Source: Tubulanus polymorphus (Eukaryota > Animalia > Nemertea). Taken from it: DNA of 64,000 nt. The DNA is taken from assembly GCF_964204645.1 (NCBI RefSeq), contig NC_134026.1, forward strand, positions 11,121,950 through 11,185,949, written 5' to 3'. Positions 49,601 to 61,558 of this stretch are shown in pieces. The notes under the pieces are model-generated. The model had not been told where the DNA came from and did no database searches. It saw only the letters and a program-made list of their open reading frames with translations. A program made the translations under genes and the position numbers. How positions within the stretch are numbered: position 1 is the stretch's first letter; each line of letters opens with the position of its first letter.

Positions 49601-52600
49601 AAGTTGCAAGACATAAAGATAGGGTTTGATTTATGTATAAATTATGCAAATAATGGCCACTCTTGAAATTTGATGAAAAATGACATTTTTATCATTTCTG
49701 GGAACAGATTCTTAATGAGCTAGAATTAATCCACACAACATTAAGCAAAGTTGCACAGGTTTATTATGCTTATTCTGCGTATTAAGTTTCAAGGCCATAC
49801 AGTTAATCTGTATGGCAACCAGGTGGTGCTTTTCATAGCAAATTACATTCTTTCCCAACTGCAGCCTAACAAAACACATTTGAGAATGGCTTTGAATTGA
49901 AAAGTTGTTAATTACATGCTAGAGCTACGTATAAAATTTCATGACCATTCGATTTTTGGTATGGCTACCAGGTGTCACTTTACATAATTGATAATACATT
50001 TTCCTGTATTGTGGATAAATCATAGATCTTTTAGAAAGGATTCAAATACAAAGTTGTTCAGGATACCAAACCTAGCTGAAGTGGGCCATAGGGCTTATTC
50101 AAAAAGTTTGCATGCTAAGACAAAATCCAGTTATTATGGGAAATTGTGGAAACATTTTTGATGGATTGTCTTCAACCTATCTTACTATGCATTTATCTTT
50201 TCAATCACTGCTAAACCTAAAATGAACCTGACAAATTTGTGCATGTAGAATTCTCAAGAATATTTTCGCGGTTATTTGCTGGGATCACATCGTTTTTATA
50301 GTATGAGTAACTACACATACCAAGAACAACAAGTGAATTTGAAAGAAATACCCTAGTTTCTCAAGAAATCAAAATGCCACCCGCGTCATTAAATGTGTCA
50401 GTAATGGAAAATAAAAAGCCAAATGCGCACAAATGCCCGTGTCAGAAAAGAATCAATCATCATTTTTTAATAGAAATTAAAACCCGCTCGTTCGCATAGC
50501 TGTATAGCGTACGGCACTGGTTTCTTTTTACAGTGACAACAACAGCGAGAGGGTTCGTCTTATCTTACTTCATTGCGAGGAGGCGTGAAAACTGGTATTT
50601 GTTTGGCATTGGTAAAAAAACTTCCCTCCCACGTCTCTTCTATTGGTCTCAGGTTGAGCTTTTTATTTCAACTTTTTTAACCCAATATAAATAAAATTCG
50701 CCCGCCCCTCATTTTCCAGAAAAACACTGATGAGAAACTAGGATATTTCTTTGTGTGGCCTTATATAGATTTTGTACCACGTATTCAAAAATAAAACGAT
50801 AGTCACATCATCAATTATTTTCCTTTTTTTAGACTGGAATGCAGGCTATGAAACTGGGGCATTCATCAGAAGTTCGACCTGGAGAATGGGTTATCGCTAT
50901 GGGCAGCCCCTTTACATTAAACAATACAGTTACAGCTGGCATTATTAGCACAGTTGGCAGAGGAAGTAAAGAATTAGGGATGCATTTCAGGGACATGGAG
51001 TACATTCAAACGGATGCAGTTATCAATGTAAATCTATACATTTAATAATAACTATATGTACTAACAATATAAAATATATGTCCTCCTTTGTAACGTAGGT
51101 GCTTTTGAAGATAAACCTCATGAAACTACAAGTTTGCCACACTATAAACAAACAACTGCTATATTAGCCCGGCTATTCATGCCTCAATGCCAAAGTGGTG
51201 TCACGAATATATGACGATAAGCTGTATAACCATCTATATATCTGTATATTAAATGGTTAAAAATTGTCGCACTAAGAGCTAACAGAAAGTTACTCTCAGA
51301 ACCATTCTTTAAGGATCAACTCCGTAGATCCTAAAAATGGCCTTGTAAGATCATCATAGTAACTTTGTTTTTCGTTGTCCGACAGCTATAATTTCAAATC
51401 AGAAGGATTTTTGTTTGTTTTAGTTTGGAAATTCTGGTGGCCCTCTAGTCAACTTGGATGGTGAAGCTATTGGAATTAATACAATGAAAGTCACTACTGG
51501 AATATCATTTGCAATCCCTTCTGATTATGCAAAAGATTTCCTGGAAAGAGCTGAAAAACTAGAGCATAGAAGTAAGATAAGTCCCATCACTAGAGCCATT
51601 TGCAAAGTTATTATAATGTATTGATTGTATGTTCATACGAAATCTAGATTGTTGGTCTGGTTGAATTTTTAGAATCTCCGAAGTCCTGGTTTGGTGGCTC
51701 GTCATCATTAGCTCCAAAACGTAGATACATGGGTGTAACAATGCTTACACTTAATCCTAATATCATTCTTGAACTACAAAACAGAATGGATATTCCTGAT
51801 GTAACGGAAGGTGTTCTTATTCATAAGGTTGTGATTGGTTCACCCGCTCATCGGTAGGTTTGCTAATAATTAGGGTGATGTTAGTCTAATAACTTTTCCA
51901 GTTAAATCCCACTTGTGCAGCTATCAATCTGCGGTCTGTTCCCAATGGAAAATCTAATGAAAGGGTAAACCCTAATCCTAATCCTCTACGACATCAATTG
52001 TCTGAGTGGGATGGGTACAGACTGCTGATTGATAGCTGTGTTGATGTCTCATGCTGCAGGGGCTCTTTTCATTGGCTGCCTATTCTCACTACTATCCCCA
52101 CTACTAAAGTCTATCCCAGTGGTTATGATCGCAGTGTATCAAACAGTTCATATCATCGCGGATCTGGAACCCTGTGGTTTCTATGTGCTCAACCCTGCAA
52201 GTAACTGAGGTCAGGCAACTACTACATTCAAGAGTGAATAATACTAAAGTTTTCACATCCTGGTCATTCACTTCTCTTTATTCCTCTAGATTTGGTTTCT
52301 TCTTGTATATTCTCAAAGAACACCGATTACTTAAAATGTATTTAAGCATGGAATTTCGAGGATTAATTTCTTATTTTGTGCACTTAACAAAGCTAGACAT
52401 GCGCAAATATGTTAACAAATGACTATTTGTGGATTTGATTATCATCTCATGAGTCGTACGTTCTGTGTTGCTATTTTGCTTACACACCGTCCAAATATAA
52501 TGTTTCAACTTGAAATTTAGTTCTGACACTTTCTAATGTAAACATTGACTTTGGTATCCTCGGAAAATATTCACTCTTGAATGCAACAAGACTTCTAACT

Positions 52601-53532
52601 AATTTTTCCTTGCTAATTTCTCCATTTTCTTAGTGTAAGCTTCGAAAAGTTTTGCTCTTTATTCACTCTTGCCTGTAACTATAGTAACAAGCAGCTGGGG
52701 TCCAGCGAGTCAGCGATGCTCATGGTGAGTTTGACCACTTACAGCTGTCAGTATCAATTAAATTGTTGTTGATACTGGCTCTTTGAGAGTGGAAATGCCG
52801 CGATCATAACCACTGGGATAGACTTTAGAGTGGTTCTGTCCGTTCGTCCAGGTAGAATAAAGTTGTTATTTTTTATATGTGGGGGAGGGGTTTTAGCAGA
52901 AGTACATGTTTATTTATTACTCTGCATATTCATGTATGTTCGTGGGAAATTCTTAAGCTATGTCAATGAGTTGTTTTGAAATACAACTTGGTATCAGTGA
53001 GTTATTTGTCTGCATATGGTGGCCTGACCTTAAAAAAAATGGAAAATGAGAAACTGCGAACGATTCTAGCAACTGTGCCCTGCCATGGTAAACACTAACG
53101 GCAATATTCTAAATCTTTAAAATAACTGGTAAGCCTAATGAAATCTTTATGAATTTTGATGATTATTTGCTCTCTACATTTTCTAATTTTAATTTCAATT
53201 TTCAATTAACTGTTGGCTTTAAGGTTCATTGAACAGCTTCAAAACACCCGTGTTGAATCATGGATGTGAAGCTCGTTCCCCCTGGATAGTTTGAATTAAA
53301 CATGCACCATCATGTCAAGTCAGGAAAGTCCATATTAAGAATTATGTTCTTGTCTTTATTTTTCAGTAGTGGTATGCGTCCAGGAGATATATTAATACAA
53401 ATCAATGGTGCTTCTGTGAGGTCGGCGAAAGATGTGTACAAAGCAACTGCTGAACACTCCGAAATGGATGTGACTCTAGTTCGTGGGCATCAAAAGATCA
53501 TTCTTAAGATTAAACCAGAGGATATGAATTAG
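37225..53532 (+). CDS. HTRA2: Mitochondrial serine protease HtrA2/Omi (6 exons: 37225-37628, 46325-46526, 50833-51027, 51424-51571, 51673-51853, 53367-53532; ~431 aa)
   Basis: Basic presequence plus TM segment, [19 protein letters not shown], catalytic TNAHVV (His), TDLA (Asp), GNSGGPL (Ser), C-terminal PDZ (YMGVTM...GSPAHR.GMRPGD). All junctions are GT-AG and phase-compatible. Confidence 0.95.
38688..39445 (+). mobile_element. 3'-truncated DINE-1/HINE-like element copy
   Basis: Same 5' head (tagcccacttg..gcgggctattgcgttcacttttcgtc) and core as 42854-44087. Confidence 0.8.
41860..41953. repeat. ~94-bp near-perfect hairpin
   Basis: gttatagggaatatgttgtttcaagccagaggtcgagaggttgag-ctca-ctcaacctctctccctctgacttgaaacaacatattccctattac. 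Confidence 0.85.
42545..42850 (-). CDS. Small AT-rich ORF with one C2H2 zinc finger (possible mobile or viral fragment)
   Basis: [21 protein letters not shown] = C-x2-C-x12-H-x3-H. The ATG abuts a HINE insertion. Confidence 0.4.
   Translation of the reverse strand: MSENKVLEILHLIYKNQQNIKSIIMISGLFSFSTYSIKQLLEFYDSCKIRYTELKENINYISDRLNNIKCCEICNKRYKNKKSLRNHMYIHEFDEKLYESK
42854..44087 (+). mobile_element. Complete DINE-1/HINE-like (Helentron-associated) non-autonomous element with internal ~120-bp tandem repeats
   Basis: Inserted in a T-run. Subterminal IR GCCCACTTGGGA...TCCCAAGTGGGC, (GTCC)n microsatellite, central tandem array, 3' stem-loop ggtgtccctggacccc followed by TAG-TTT. Confidence 0.85.
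44858..46084 (+). mobile_element. Second complete DINE-1/HINE-like copy
   Basis: Same head, core, tandem array and 3' end as 42854-44087. Confidence 0.85.
46325..46526 (+). CDS. HTRA2: HtrA2 exon 2
   Basis: [31 protein letters not shown]...[13 protein letters not shown]. Confidence 0.94.
46700..46990 (-). pseudogene. L2-group LINE 3' remnant
   Basis: Minus strand encodes [19 protein letters not shown], the terminal motif of L2 ORF2. Confidence 0.65.
47335..47619. mobile_element. Tc1/mariner (pogo/Tigger-like) MITE
   Basis: TA|CAGTCTACCTCaGATaTAACG ... CGTTAcATCcGAGGTAGACTG|TA. Confidence 0.8.
50833..51027 (+). CDS. HTRA2: HtrA2 exon 3
   Basis: [32 protein letters not shown]...YIQTDAVIN. 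Confidence 0.94.
51424..51571 (+). CDS. HTRA2: HtrA2 exon 4
   Basis: [34 protein letters not shown]. Confidence 0.94.
51673..51853 (+). CDS. HTRA2: HtrA2 exon 5 (PDZ N-half)
   Basis: [18 protein letters not shown]...[15 protein letters not shown]. Confidence 0.92.
52099..52832. mobile_element. Non-autonomous TIR element (~735 bp) in HtrA2 intron 5
   Basis: ctaaagtctatcccagtggttatgatcgc (52104-52132) is the exact reverse complement of 52800-52828. TSD unclear. Confidence 0.7.
53367..53532 (+). CDS. HTRA2: HtrA2 exon 6 (PDZ C-half, stop)
   Basis: [21 protein letters not shown]...LVRG...IKPEDMN*. Confidence 0.92.
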
Positions 53533-54364
53533 GCTGTGCGCACATATGATGCATCAAATGCATATCCAGTTGTAACTATGTACCTCTATGCCGTGATATT
53601 CATTATGAAAAAGACCTGACATGTGTGTTGCTTAAATGACGGATTGTTGATGAACAAAAATCTCATCTCACGGACACACTGCAAATCGCACACTAAAATC
53701 TCCAGCAGCAGACCAAATACATATGCAAATTTCGGTGCGAAATCTGTAAGCGCAGATGCCATGCAAATAAAATTGCATTGCGTCCCCGGCTTAATTGTCG
53801 AAATATAACTCCTTTGGATGAACATTAATGAAATGTAAGTTCATGTATGTAAGGTTCATTATACGTGTATAATATGAACATTGTGAGTTTCATGCAACAG
53901 TTGGCAACTCTTATACAAGTACAACGGTTTGATTGTTGTGGAAATGACTGCCTAATGCCAACATCCGATGTATCTTACGTAGATATACATTGAAAGGTTT
54001 GTGTAGAGAAAATATGATGATTCATTCATGATGTAAAATGCTGGTAATATCCGTAATCACTTTCCCATGATGTATAGGGGCCACGAAACGTTCCAGATTC
54101 CTAGCCTTATAACACTCGTCTGATGTCATTTGTGTCCAAGTTATGATTCCCCTATTTTAGAATCCTGTCGGAGAGAATCAGTTGTCATGTGAACACAAAA
54201 AACTTGTTAAACGAAGGAAAAGACGCTCAAGGGAATTCCGTAAAGTCTGAACTATATAAACCTTGAAACAACTCTGAAATCAAAGGCTCAAACAATATCA
54301 AATATATCTAATGAATGAATAGCAAATGACTTAAGCACGTGCAGACAAGCAAGTGTCGGTTATT

Positions 54365-54732
54365 GTTAGTTCCAGGACGAATAAGTTACCTTCCGGTTCG
54401 GGTGATAACACGACCTACACCTCGCGCGATTTCAAGGTCATCGATAACGTCATTGCTAGCGCACAAATTATATGAAAATAGATTGGCATTATGGCTAGTT
54501 TTAAGGGTATGAAGATGGGCTAGGGCTAGGGGCTATTAATAGTTAAAGGTTCGTGGTCCCGTGTCTTGGCCACGTTGGTGCAGCGGGTAAGGCGCTGGGC
54601 TCGCACGCTGCGGGTTCCGTTTTCGAATTTCTAAGTCCAACAATTCTGCGCATGCGTTTTTAGCAACGTCAGTTCAGTTGTTGGAATAAACCCGACCCGA
54701 AGAAAAGGTAACTCTTTCGTCCTGGAAGTAAC
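54365..54732. mobile_element. MITE-like element with ~35-bp imperfect TIRs and an internal tRNA-like segment
   Basis: gttagttccaggacgaataagttacctt ... aaggtaactctttcgtcctggaagtaac. 54568-54630 resembles a degenerate tRNA (tggtgcagcgggtaaggcgc...ttcgaat). Confidence 0.6.
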
Positions 54733-55145
54733 GCTATTAGAATTACGTCTACATATAGTATTACTGTGTATATATTGCAACATTCGGTTACATGCGTTCC
54801 TGTTCACTGAAAACCTTGGTAGTTCCGGATTGTGGAAGGTCGGTGAACTGTCATCGCTGTATCGTCAAAGGCGTTAAGGTGAATATCGTGTTGTAAGCGA
54901 TGCACCAAATTCCGCTAAGAGCCGATTTCAGTCGGCGTTGTCGAGCCGCTCGAATAAGGAGGCAATCATATAAGCGCCGCCGTAACACTATCAGATGATG
55001 AGCACTCTGAAAATATAAATGTGCAGATGGTTAAATCATACTTTGGAATTCGGGAAAATATAACATTAGTAATATAACAGTCTTGTTCTATGTTACATGT
55101 ATTTGGCAAGTATATATACATGTATATACATCTAGTTTATTACTA

Positions 55146-55317
55146 CAGTGGAATCTCGTTAATACGTGTCTGGTGGGCAAAACGGATATTGTCTTATTAA
55201 ACAGGATCGTATTATCCAAAGCTTGATTGATATAAATATCTTGGCTGGGACTTGCTGGAAATAATCTAAATACACGGGTTTCGTCTAAAACAGAATCGTA
55301 TTAACGAGGTTCAACGG
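55146..55317. mobile_element. Tc1/mariner (Tigger-like) MITE
   Basis: TA|CAGTGGAATCTCGTTAATACG ... CGTATTAACGAGGTTCAACGG|TA. Confidence 0.7.
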
Positions 55318-55361
55318 TAATTAGAATAGATGTTCCGATCGGGATAGCATGTATATATATT

Positions 55362-56762
55362 TCAAAGAATATATCGGGGTAGATTCGATAAACCACAACG
55401 ATTCGGATGCAAAATTTTAACTATATGTTGATACGGATTGTTAACGCACGCTGTGTTTTTAGTACGCACCACGTTTTTGATGGTTAAAACACGTATCTCT
55501 TCGCGGAGGAAATCGATTGACTCATCAAGGTCACGTGGGATGCATCTCACCCTGTCCAGCGACCGGTGAGTGTTGTCCGGTACAGCGTCGATAACGAAAG
55601 CTTCATTTTTAGAACCGACCCCCATGTCCACCGACATTTCATCCCAAACAGCGCCGATACCTTTACAACCACTACATACACCTCGCAGTAAAGAGCCTAC
55701 CTCTTTGAGAAGAACATATTTATGCCTACATAAATGCCCCGTTTCCGTATCAAAAGAAATTAGGGAGGTCAATTCCGGCGGTACCTCTATATTTTCTTCG
55801 CACATCTCGCAATAAGATCTGGCAAAGATGTTGTTGGGATACCGTCGTATATCAAAATGGCTGTCACGAATTGAAGCGTTCAAACCATGTAAAAGCGATC
55901 GCATATTTTCTCCCGTTAACCGATCTCTCAACAATCCGGCTGTGGTTGTCATTAATATAATCTGCTTGTCAGTGAACTTTTGAAACGAATTTAAATGAGC
56001 GGACATTTTACGCTTTCTGCGGTATCGCGATGCTTTATCTCTTTCGTCGGGACTCCACATCGGGGGTGGTTCGTCGAGACAATACGCGATAGGCGAGTCT
56101 GGCGGCATCGTGTCCCTACTCGTAGCATCGAAGCTACTTCTCCAAATAGGGGTTCGGCGGCTTCCGCGGAATTTATCAACTTCCATTCTCTCGTCGTCTG
56201 TAGACGGACTCGTCTGCGAATGTCGCGAAATCGATGCTTTTCGTTCCCGTATATCCTGATCCGGTTCTATATCATAATCCGCTGACGTTGCACCGATCAA
56301 TCCGGTCAACGCGATATCGTTTATCATAGAATTCACTGGTAAACCATCGTAGTCGTTTAACCTAAATTGACTGGAATTTAAATGGAACGATGGATTTAAC
56401 TGCCCGAGAACATCTTCGATCTGGTTTTCGAAATTCCTCTCGTCTGGTGCAGTGAGCCCCGAAAAGTCAACGGCACTGCCATCTGTGCTGAGCCATATCC
56501 TCTCAGCGACTAGGAAATATTCGGTTCTTTCAATCGAAAAAATGTTCGTATCGTTGCTTATCGTAGACGCATACGTTCGTATGTTTTCGTCTGTTGTAAA
56601 GCGACTGCGGTAAGGAGTAGTGGCGCTCTCGCTATGTTTGTCAAGATCGCTCATGTAACCGGCATCGGTCAGTATGCTACCAGCGTCCGATAAAAAGGTT
56701 TCCGATAATGTTGCACGGTCAACGTCATCTTGAGATGTACCGAATGTTTCGTCATTATCCAT
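55362..56762 (-). CDS. Uncharacterised 466-aa protein (acidic, Ser/Thr-rich N-half; Cys-containing C-half)
   Basis: Uninterrupted 1.4-kb ORF with higher GC than its flanks. Possible acceptor (tatttctag) about 45 nt upstream of the ATG. No TE motifs or TE termini recognised. Confidence 0.75.
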   Translation of the reverse strand: MDNDETFGTSQDDVDRATLSETFLSDAGSILTDAGYMSDLDKHSESATTPYRSRFTTDENIRTYASTISNDTNIFSIERTEYFLVAERIWLSTDGSAVDFSGLTAPDERNFENQIEDVLGQLNPSFHLNSSQFRLNDYDGLPVNSMINDIALTGLIGATSADYDIEPDQDIRERKASISRHSQTSPSTDDERMEVDKFRGSRRTPIWRSSFDATSRDTMPPDSPIAYCLDEPPPMWSPDERDKASRYRRKRKMSAHLNSFQKFTDKQIILMTTTAGLLRDRLTGENMRSLLHGLNASIRDSHFDIRRYPNNIFARSYCEMCEENIEVPPELTSLISFDTETGHLCRHKYVLLKEVGSLLRGVCSGCKGIGAVWDEMSVDMGVGSKNEAFVIDAVPDNTHRSLDRVRCIPRDLDESIDFLREEIRVLTIKNVVRTKNTACVNNPYQHIVKILHPNRCGLSNLPRYIL

Positions 56763-57822
56763 TTTCTGGAACGACTAGTCGTTTGGACTCCCCAACACTA
56801 CAGCTCTAGAAATATAAAATGATTATTTCGAATTAAAAATTGCAGAACGGAAACTACAGGTTGGAAAATATTGCTAGAGCTCAAGGGGCAACTTGGGGAC
56901 TGCAATATACATTGATTGAATGAAACTAAGGGGTCATGACACCATGTAACCACGTGGGGACTTCATTACAAGCATTAAATGCTTGACAATTCGATGTATT
57001 CCCAACCGCTATTTAAATATGTATATAAAAACTCAAAGGAGGGGTTGCACGAGATGACGTCACTAATGCCTTCTCTTCAGACAAAAATTGGTGGCATGAA
57101 CAATCCAAAAATCATAAATATGTTGTGAGATCAAGGATACTCCCTCAGTCAAATTGATGCAGCTGTCAATCTGCTGTCTGTATCCACCCTTCAGACAATC
57201 GACAGATTATCGCTATCCTTATAAAAGCTGATCGTCGAGATTTCACCAGGAAGTGCGACGAGGTTCGCCAGGTTCACCAATATTCCCAGGATTCAGACAC
57301 CGATTGTAGACACAGCTCATCTCCAATATCAACATGATATCTGGGACAGACATCGCCACCGTTTAACTAAGTATTTGAAACGCAAGGCTCAGATTGTTTT
57401 TGTTTGAAAAAATTAGCAAATCATTTTGAAAAGTTAATATTAAACAAGTTTTCAGTTTGCGTACTAGCAGAGAGGACAATAGGCCTGTGAAAGGCGAAGC
57501 AAAACTAAAATTAAAACACGGGTTTCAGAAAATTATCAATATGGCCAGTACAAATAAATTGTGTAGCCTCATAAACTAATATTGTATTGCGTCCATTGCA
57601 CGAAAGTTATTTCAAACCTAGACAGCTCTATTCTGCTTTTCGTTCACCGTCATAAGACAATGAAGCATACATCATGTTTCTTGTATTTATGGGACTGAGG
57701 ACAGGTGGAAAATGCCTAATTTAATTCGACATATTTGCAAACTAAACACTTGCGTCAACTGTATATTTTTGAAGAACCCTGTAGTATCGTGTATCAAGTA
57801 TGTTACCGTTCACAAATACAAA

Positions 57823-58912
57823 CTAGGGGGTCCAGGGACGCCTTGCCCACTTGAAAAGTGGTTTCAAATGCTCGACAATCTAACAATTTCGATATTCAAC
57901 GTCCCCTGGTGACCATATACAAGAACCAATCACCTTGAAACTCACCACAATCATAGAACATGTCAGCAGCTACTGTTTTTTGTAATTGATTGTGGTAACA
58001 AAATATGCCTATTATCAATTTGTTATGGAAATACTAAGTGATTCTTCTGTTCAACGCCCCCTGGAGGAGACCATATGCAAAACCAAATGTTGTCACACCA
58101 TAATCATAGAATATGTCATCAGTTACAACTTTGCAATTGATCATGGTAACAAAATATGCCTAGGTTCAAATATAATAGAGAAACATTAAGTTATTGTAAT
58201 ATTCAACGCCCCCTGGTGGCCATATACAATGACCTTGAAACTCGCCAATATCATAGAACACGTTAAGAGCTACAACTTTCCAATTGATTCTGCTAAGAAA
58301 ATATGCTTAGGTATCGATATAATGTAGAAAAACATTTTTTTCCACCTACGAATGAGAACTGATGACACCAAGATGGCCGCCAATTGCATCATAATTTGCT
58401 GATCCAAAATACCTGTCTCAGGTATAAAAGATCCCTTTCCAAAGAATACCCATCACTAATTGCAATGAGAAATAGCAAACCAGTAGGAAGTTACAGAACG
58501 CAGAATTCGGGACAAAATTGTCATTTTTTTGAGCACATAAAAGGTCATAGGACGGCCATCTTGTGTCGGATCGACCAAATTTTTCTTATGCTGTTGGGCC
58601 GTTGGAAGATTAAAATATATACGAAAGATCAAGATATTGATCAAAGCGTCTTAAAAATTTCCCTCAAAAACTTCAAAAATGTGTATAAAGTGCTGATGGC
58701 GAACAACAATAGCTGCCAGGCCGCCATCTTGTTTCTGACAGGTCCAGTTTTTGGGCTGCAGATGTGTCTAGGGTAGATACACGTGTACCCAAATATCAAA
58801 ACATTACATTGAAGCGTCTTCAAAACTTTCCTAAATAACTGGATTCCGTCTACGGACGACGGACGAAAAGTGAACGCAATAGCCCACATGGACTTAAGTC
58901 CCAAGCGGGCTA
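57823..58912 (-). mobile_element. Complete DINE-1/HINE-like copy, minus strand
   Basis: Reverse complement of the family at 42854-44087, including head, (GTCC), tandem array and 3' stem-loop. Confidence 0.85.
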
Positions 58913-61122
58913 AAAAGTGCCTCAGCAGCACGCATCGAGTGTACAAATTATTCACTGTGAACCACTCCATCCGGGACTTAAAGGGCACTGCCCAATAAAT
59001 TGTACATTTTGTGATTATTGAACCAAATACTACTTGTATATGAATAACAACCTGTGACCTGACTGATCGAAAACAAAAATTACTAATAAGACCTATATTA
59101 GTCGTTTATTTATTCTTCTTGTTTACGTAGTTCACCTACAACCCTTAGTCGGCGCTATTTTTGCGGTATCTCCGTGATAAACACGAGCTCCTGGTTCGCT
59201 CAGTAGCGTTAACGACAAGCGACTCGACTCTTATATACCGACGCAACTGGGTTTATCGCCGATTAGCGGCAACTAGCGGTTGCTCTATCGGTTCGACATA
59301 AGCCGGCTTGAGACGGAAACCCGACGCCTATACCGACTCGACGCAAGCCGTCCGGCTACTTGTCCATGTTCTACTCCGGCCTACAGTAGGCGGACAGTTG
59401 TATACGTAGTAAAATGACTGGAAATAGTTAGAAACACGCACCTGCATATACATAAACAATAACTGTGAGCGCGCTGAAATTGCTGATTTAAAAGTTTTAT
59501 TTCTCAGTAGAGGCTGAACTAAAATTCGAATCAGTAGCATATTATTGGGCCAGCCGTAGGCTGAGCCTATTACTATTTAAATGGAGTGAATTTAAATGAC
59601 ATGATTTCCAGAGCAAAGGCTCTTTGTCTGTGCAACTGAGCATATATTCATACAAATCATTCATTAAAGCATTATCCATTCTCCAAACTCTACGTAGCTG
59701 AATTTTGAAAAAGGGCCTCGTTAAAATTTATATGAGCTTTTTCGCGAATATCTGATCGCAAAAATATTGGTTTTGAAAAGCCAATCAGAAAGCAAAGACT
59801 TCTCTATGATTATTGGCTTAGCCGCAGAAATCAGCAGGTGTTCACGTGAACCCGCGGTATCGTCTACCGTATTACTTACTGGTTTTATTTTTAGATCTAA
59901 AATTGTATCTCAAGATCGATATCTGTAAAAGCTTTAGTTGATTTGGTTTTTGGGAGGAATATTTTATTAGCACCACAGAAAATATCGTTGACCATTGTGC
60001 TAAGTCCGGAAAAAATAGCTTTTTCTTAAATCGGATAGATGACCTTGATATACTAATTAGCCATGTGCTCAAACTACAAATTCAATCAAATTTTATTCTG
60101 CAAAAAATATCAAATCCAATTCAATTTTGTTTTATTGAGCAAATTTCAGAAAATTCAATTCTATTCCACATTAAAATCAATAAGACCAAGGGAAAAGTTA
60201 TATCTGAGGTATTTTATCCTGCCAGATCCAGTCGCTGTCTGTGCTACTTTTGTATTCTACGATTGTAATTGACTCTCAGCTGGGAGTGTATTTTGACAAA
60301 TTTAACCCACAGAATGTATCATCATTTGCCATTTTATGAAAAGCTGGAAGGCTAGCCATAGTGCCCCTCGGGGCTCTTGTCTATGATTTGTGAACATATT
60401 ATGAATAACTCTTGTGCGATTTTCTATTTATTGGGCATGTGCCCTAAACTGAACTACACACAGTGGGCGTGCTTGTAATCTTTATATAGGCGCGCGCGCC
60501 AAAATATTTTGGTAAAATTATGATTAGAAAATTTAGCTAGGTTAACAGGATTGTATTAAACTTTGAAATAGAATCTTGAAAAATGAATGCGCCAAATGAC
60601 CTTTAACGATTTACTTCTGCGTGAATCATAGTCACCTCGTGGAAAGTGGCCGGTTTAGCACGCGAACGCTCGCAGGGAACGGTACACACCACTGACTGAC
60701 ACTCGGGTTTCGATTAACTTTCGAAGTTATTTAGCATCTTTCGAAGTTATTTTGGATCATGTAACCGTAAAAAAACAAGAGGCCCATGGGCCTTAATGCA
60801 TTGGCAGAAAACACTGTGGTGCGGTATTAAATGGTTAATGTTTTACATCTACCGACAAATTTACACAAAGAGTGAGGGATAAAACCACAGACTTTGTACG
60901 ATTTTCATTCACGCGGAAAATGGATTTCTTGAATGTGCACTCCCGCTCGCTTCAAGATTAAACCCTGAGCAACCTGGAAAATATTTTTGGCAACCAGCAT
61001 CAGCATATCTATAACCTTAAAAATATTGTCTTTTTGTCATGTTGGATTAGTGCCACCAACTGACCTTTTTTCTTCTGCGCTATCATCCTGTCAATCAATT
61101 GGCTATTTTCCGTTTCGTATTC

Positions 61123-61558
61123 AGGGTCCCGCTAAATTACGAAATTACGAAATATAATACATCACTTTTAGCCTAAACACTGCAGGATATGTTTTAACGC
61201 ACACTTCGTTCTCCAACCCGTAATTAATTAATCGGTCACTTCAAGTTATATATGAGCATGCATAGAACATTCTCCCCCGGCATGGATTCCAACCTGACGA
61301 TATCGCTAAACTCGCCCACGGCGCGGAACCGTGAGTCCGCTACTGAAGCGAAACAAATTACACTTACGTTTCGTATTTCATCTCATACTTTAGCAGGACC
61401 TACGAAAGAATGGCCATTTCGTTTCGTTGTTTAGCATTTCGTTACGTATTTCGTTTCGTACTTAAGCATTTGGTAATTTCGTTTTCTATGTCGTAATTCC
61501 GTTTTGTATTTCGGAATTTTGTTTCATATTACGTAATTTCGTACTTTAGAAGTACCCT
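61123..61558. mobile_element. MITE with TTTCGT/ACGAAA subterminal repeats
   Basis: agggtcccgctaaattacgaaattacg ... cgtaatttcgtactttagaagtaccct; many tttcgt motifs. Confidence 0.6.

Noticed and set aside
51965-51990. Telomere-like aaccctaatcctaatcct
   Set aside because: Only about 3 imperfect units, inside a small inverted-repeat element (51916-52040); not an interstitial telomere array.
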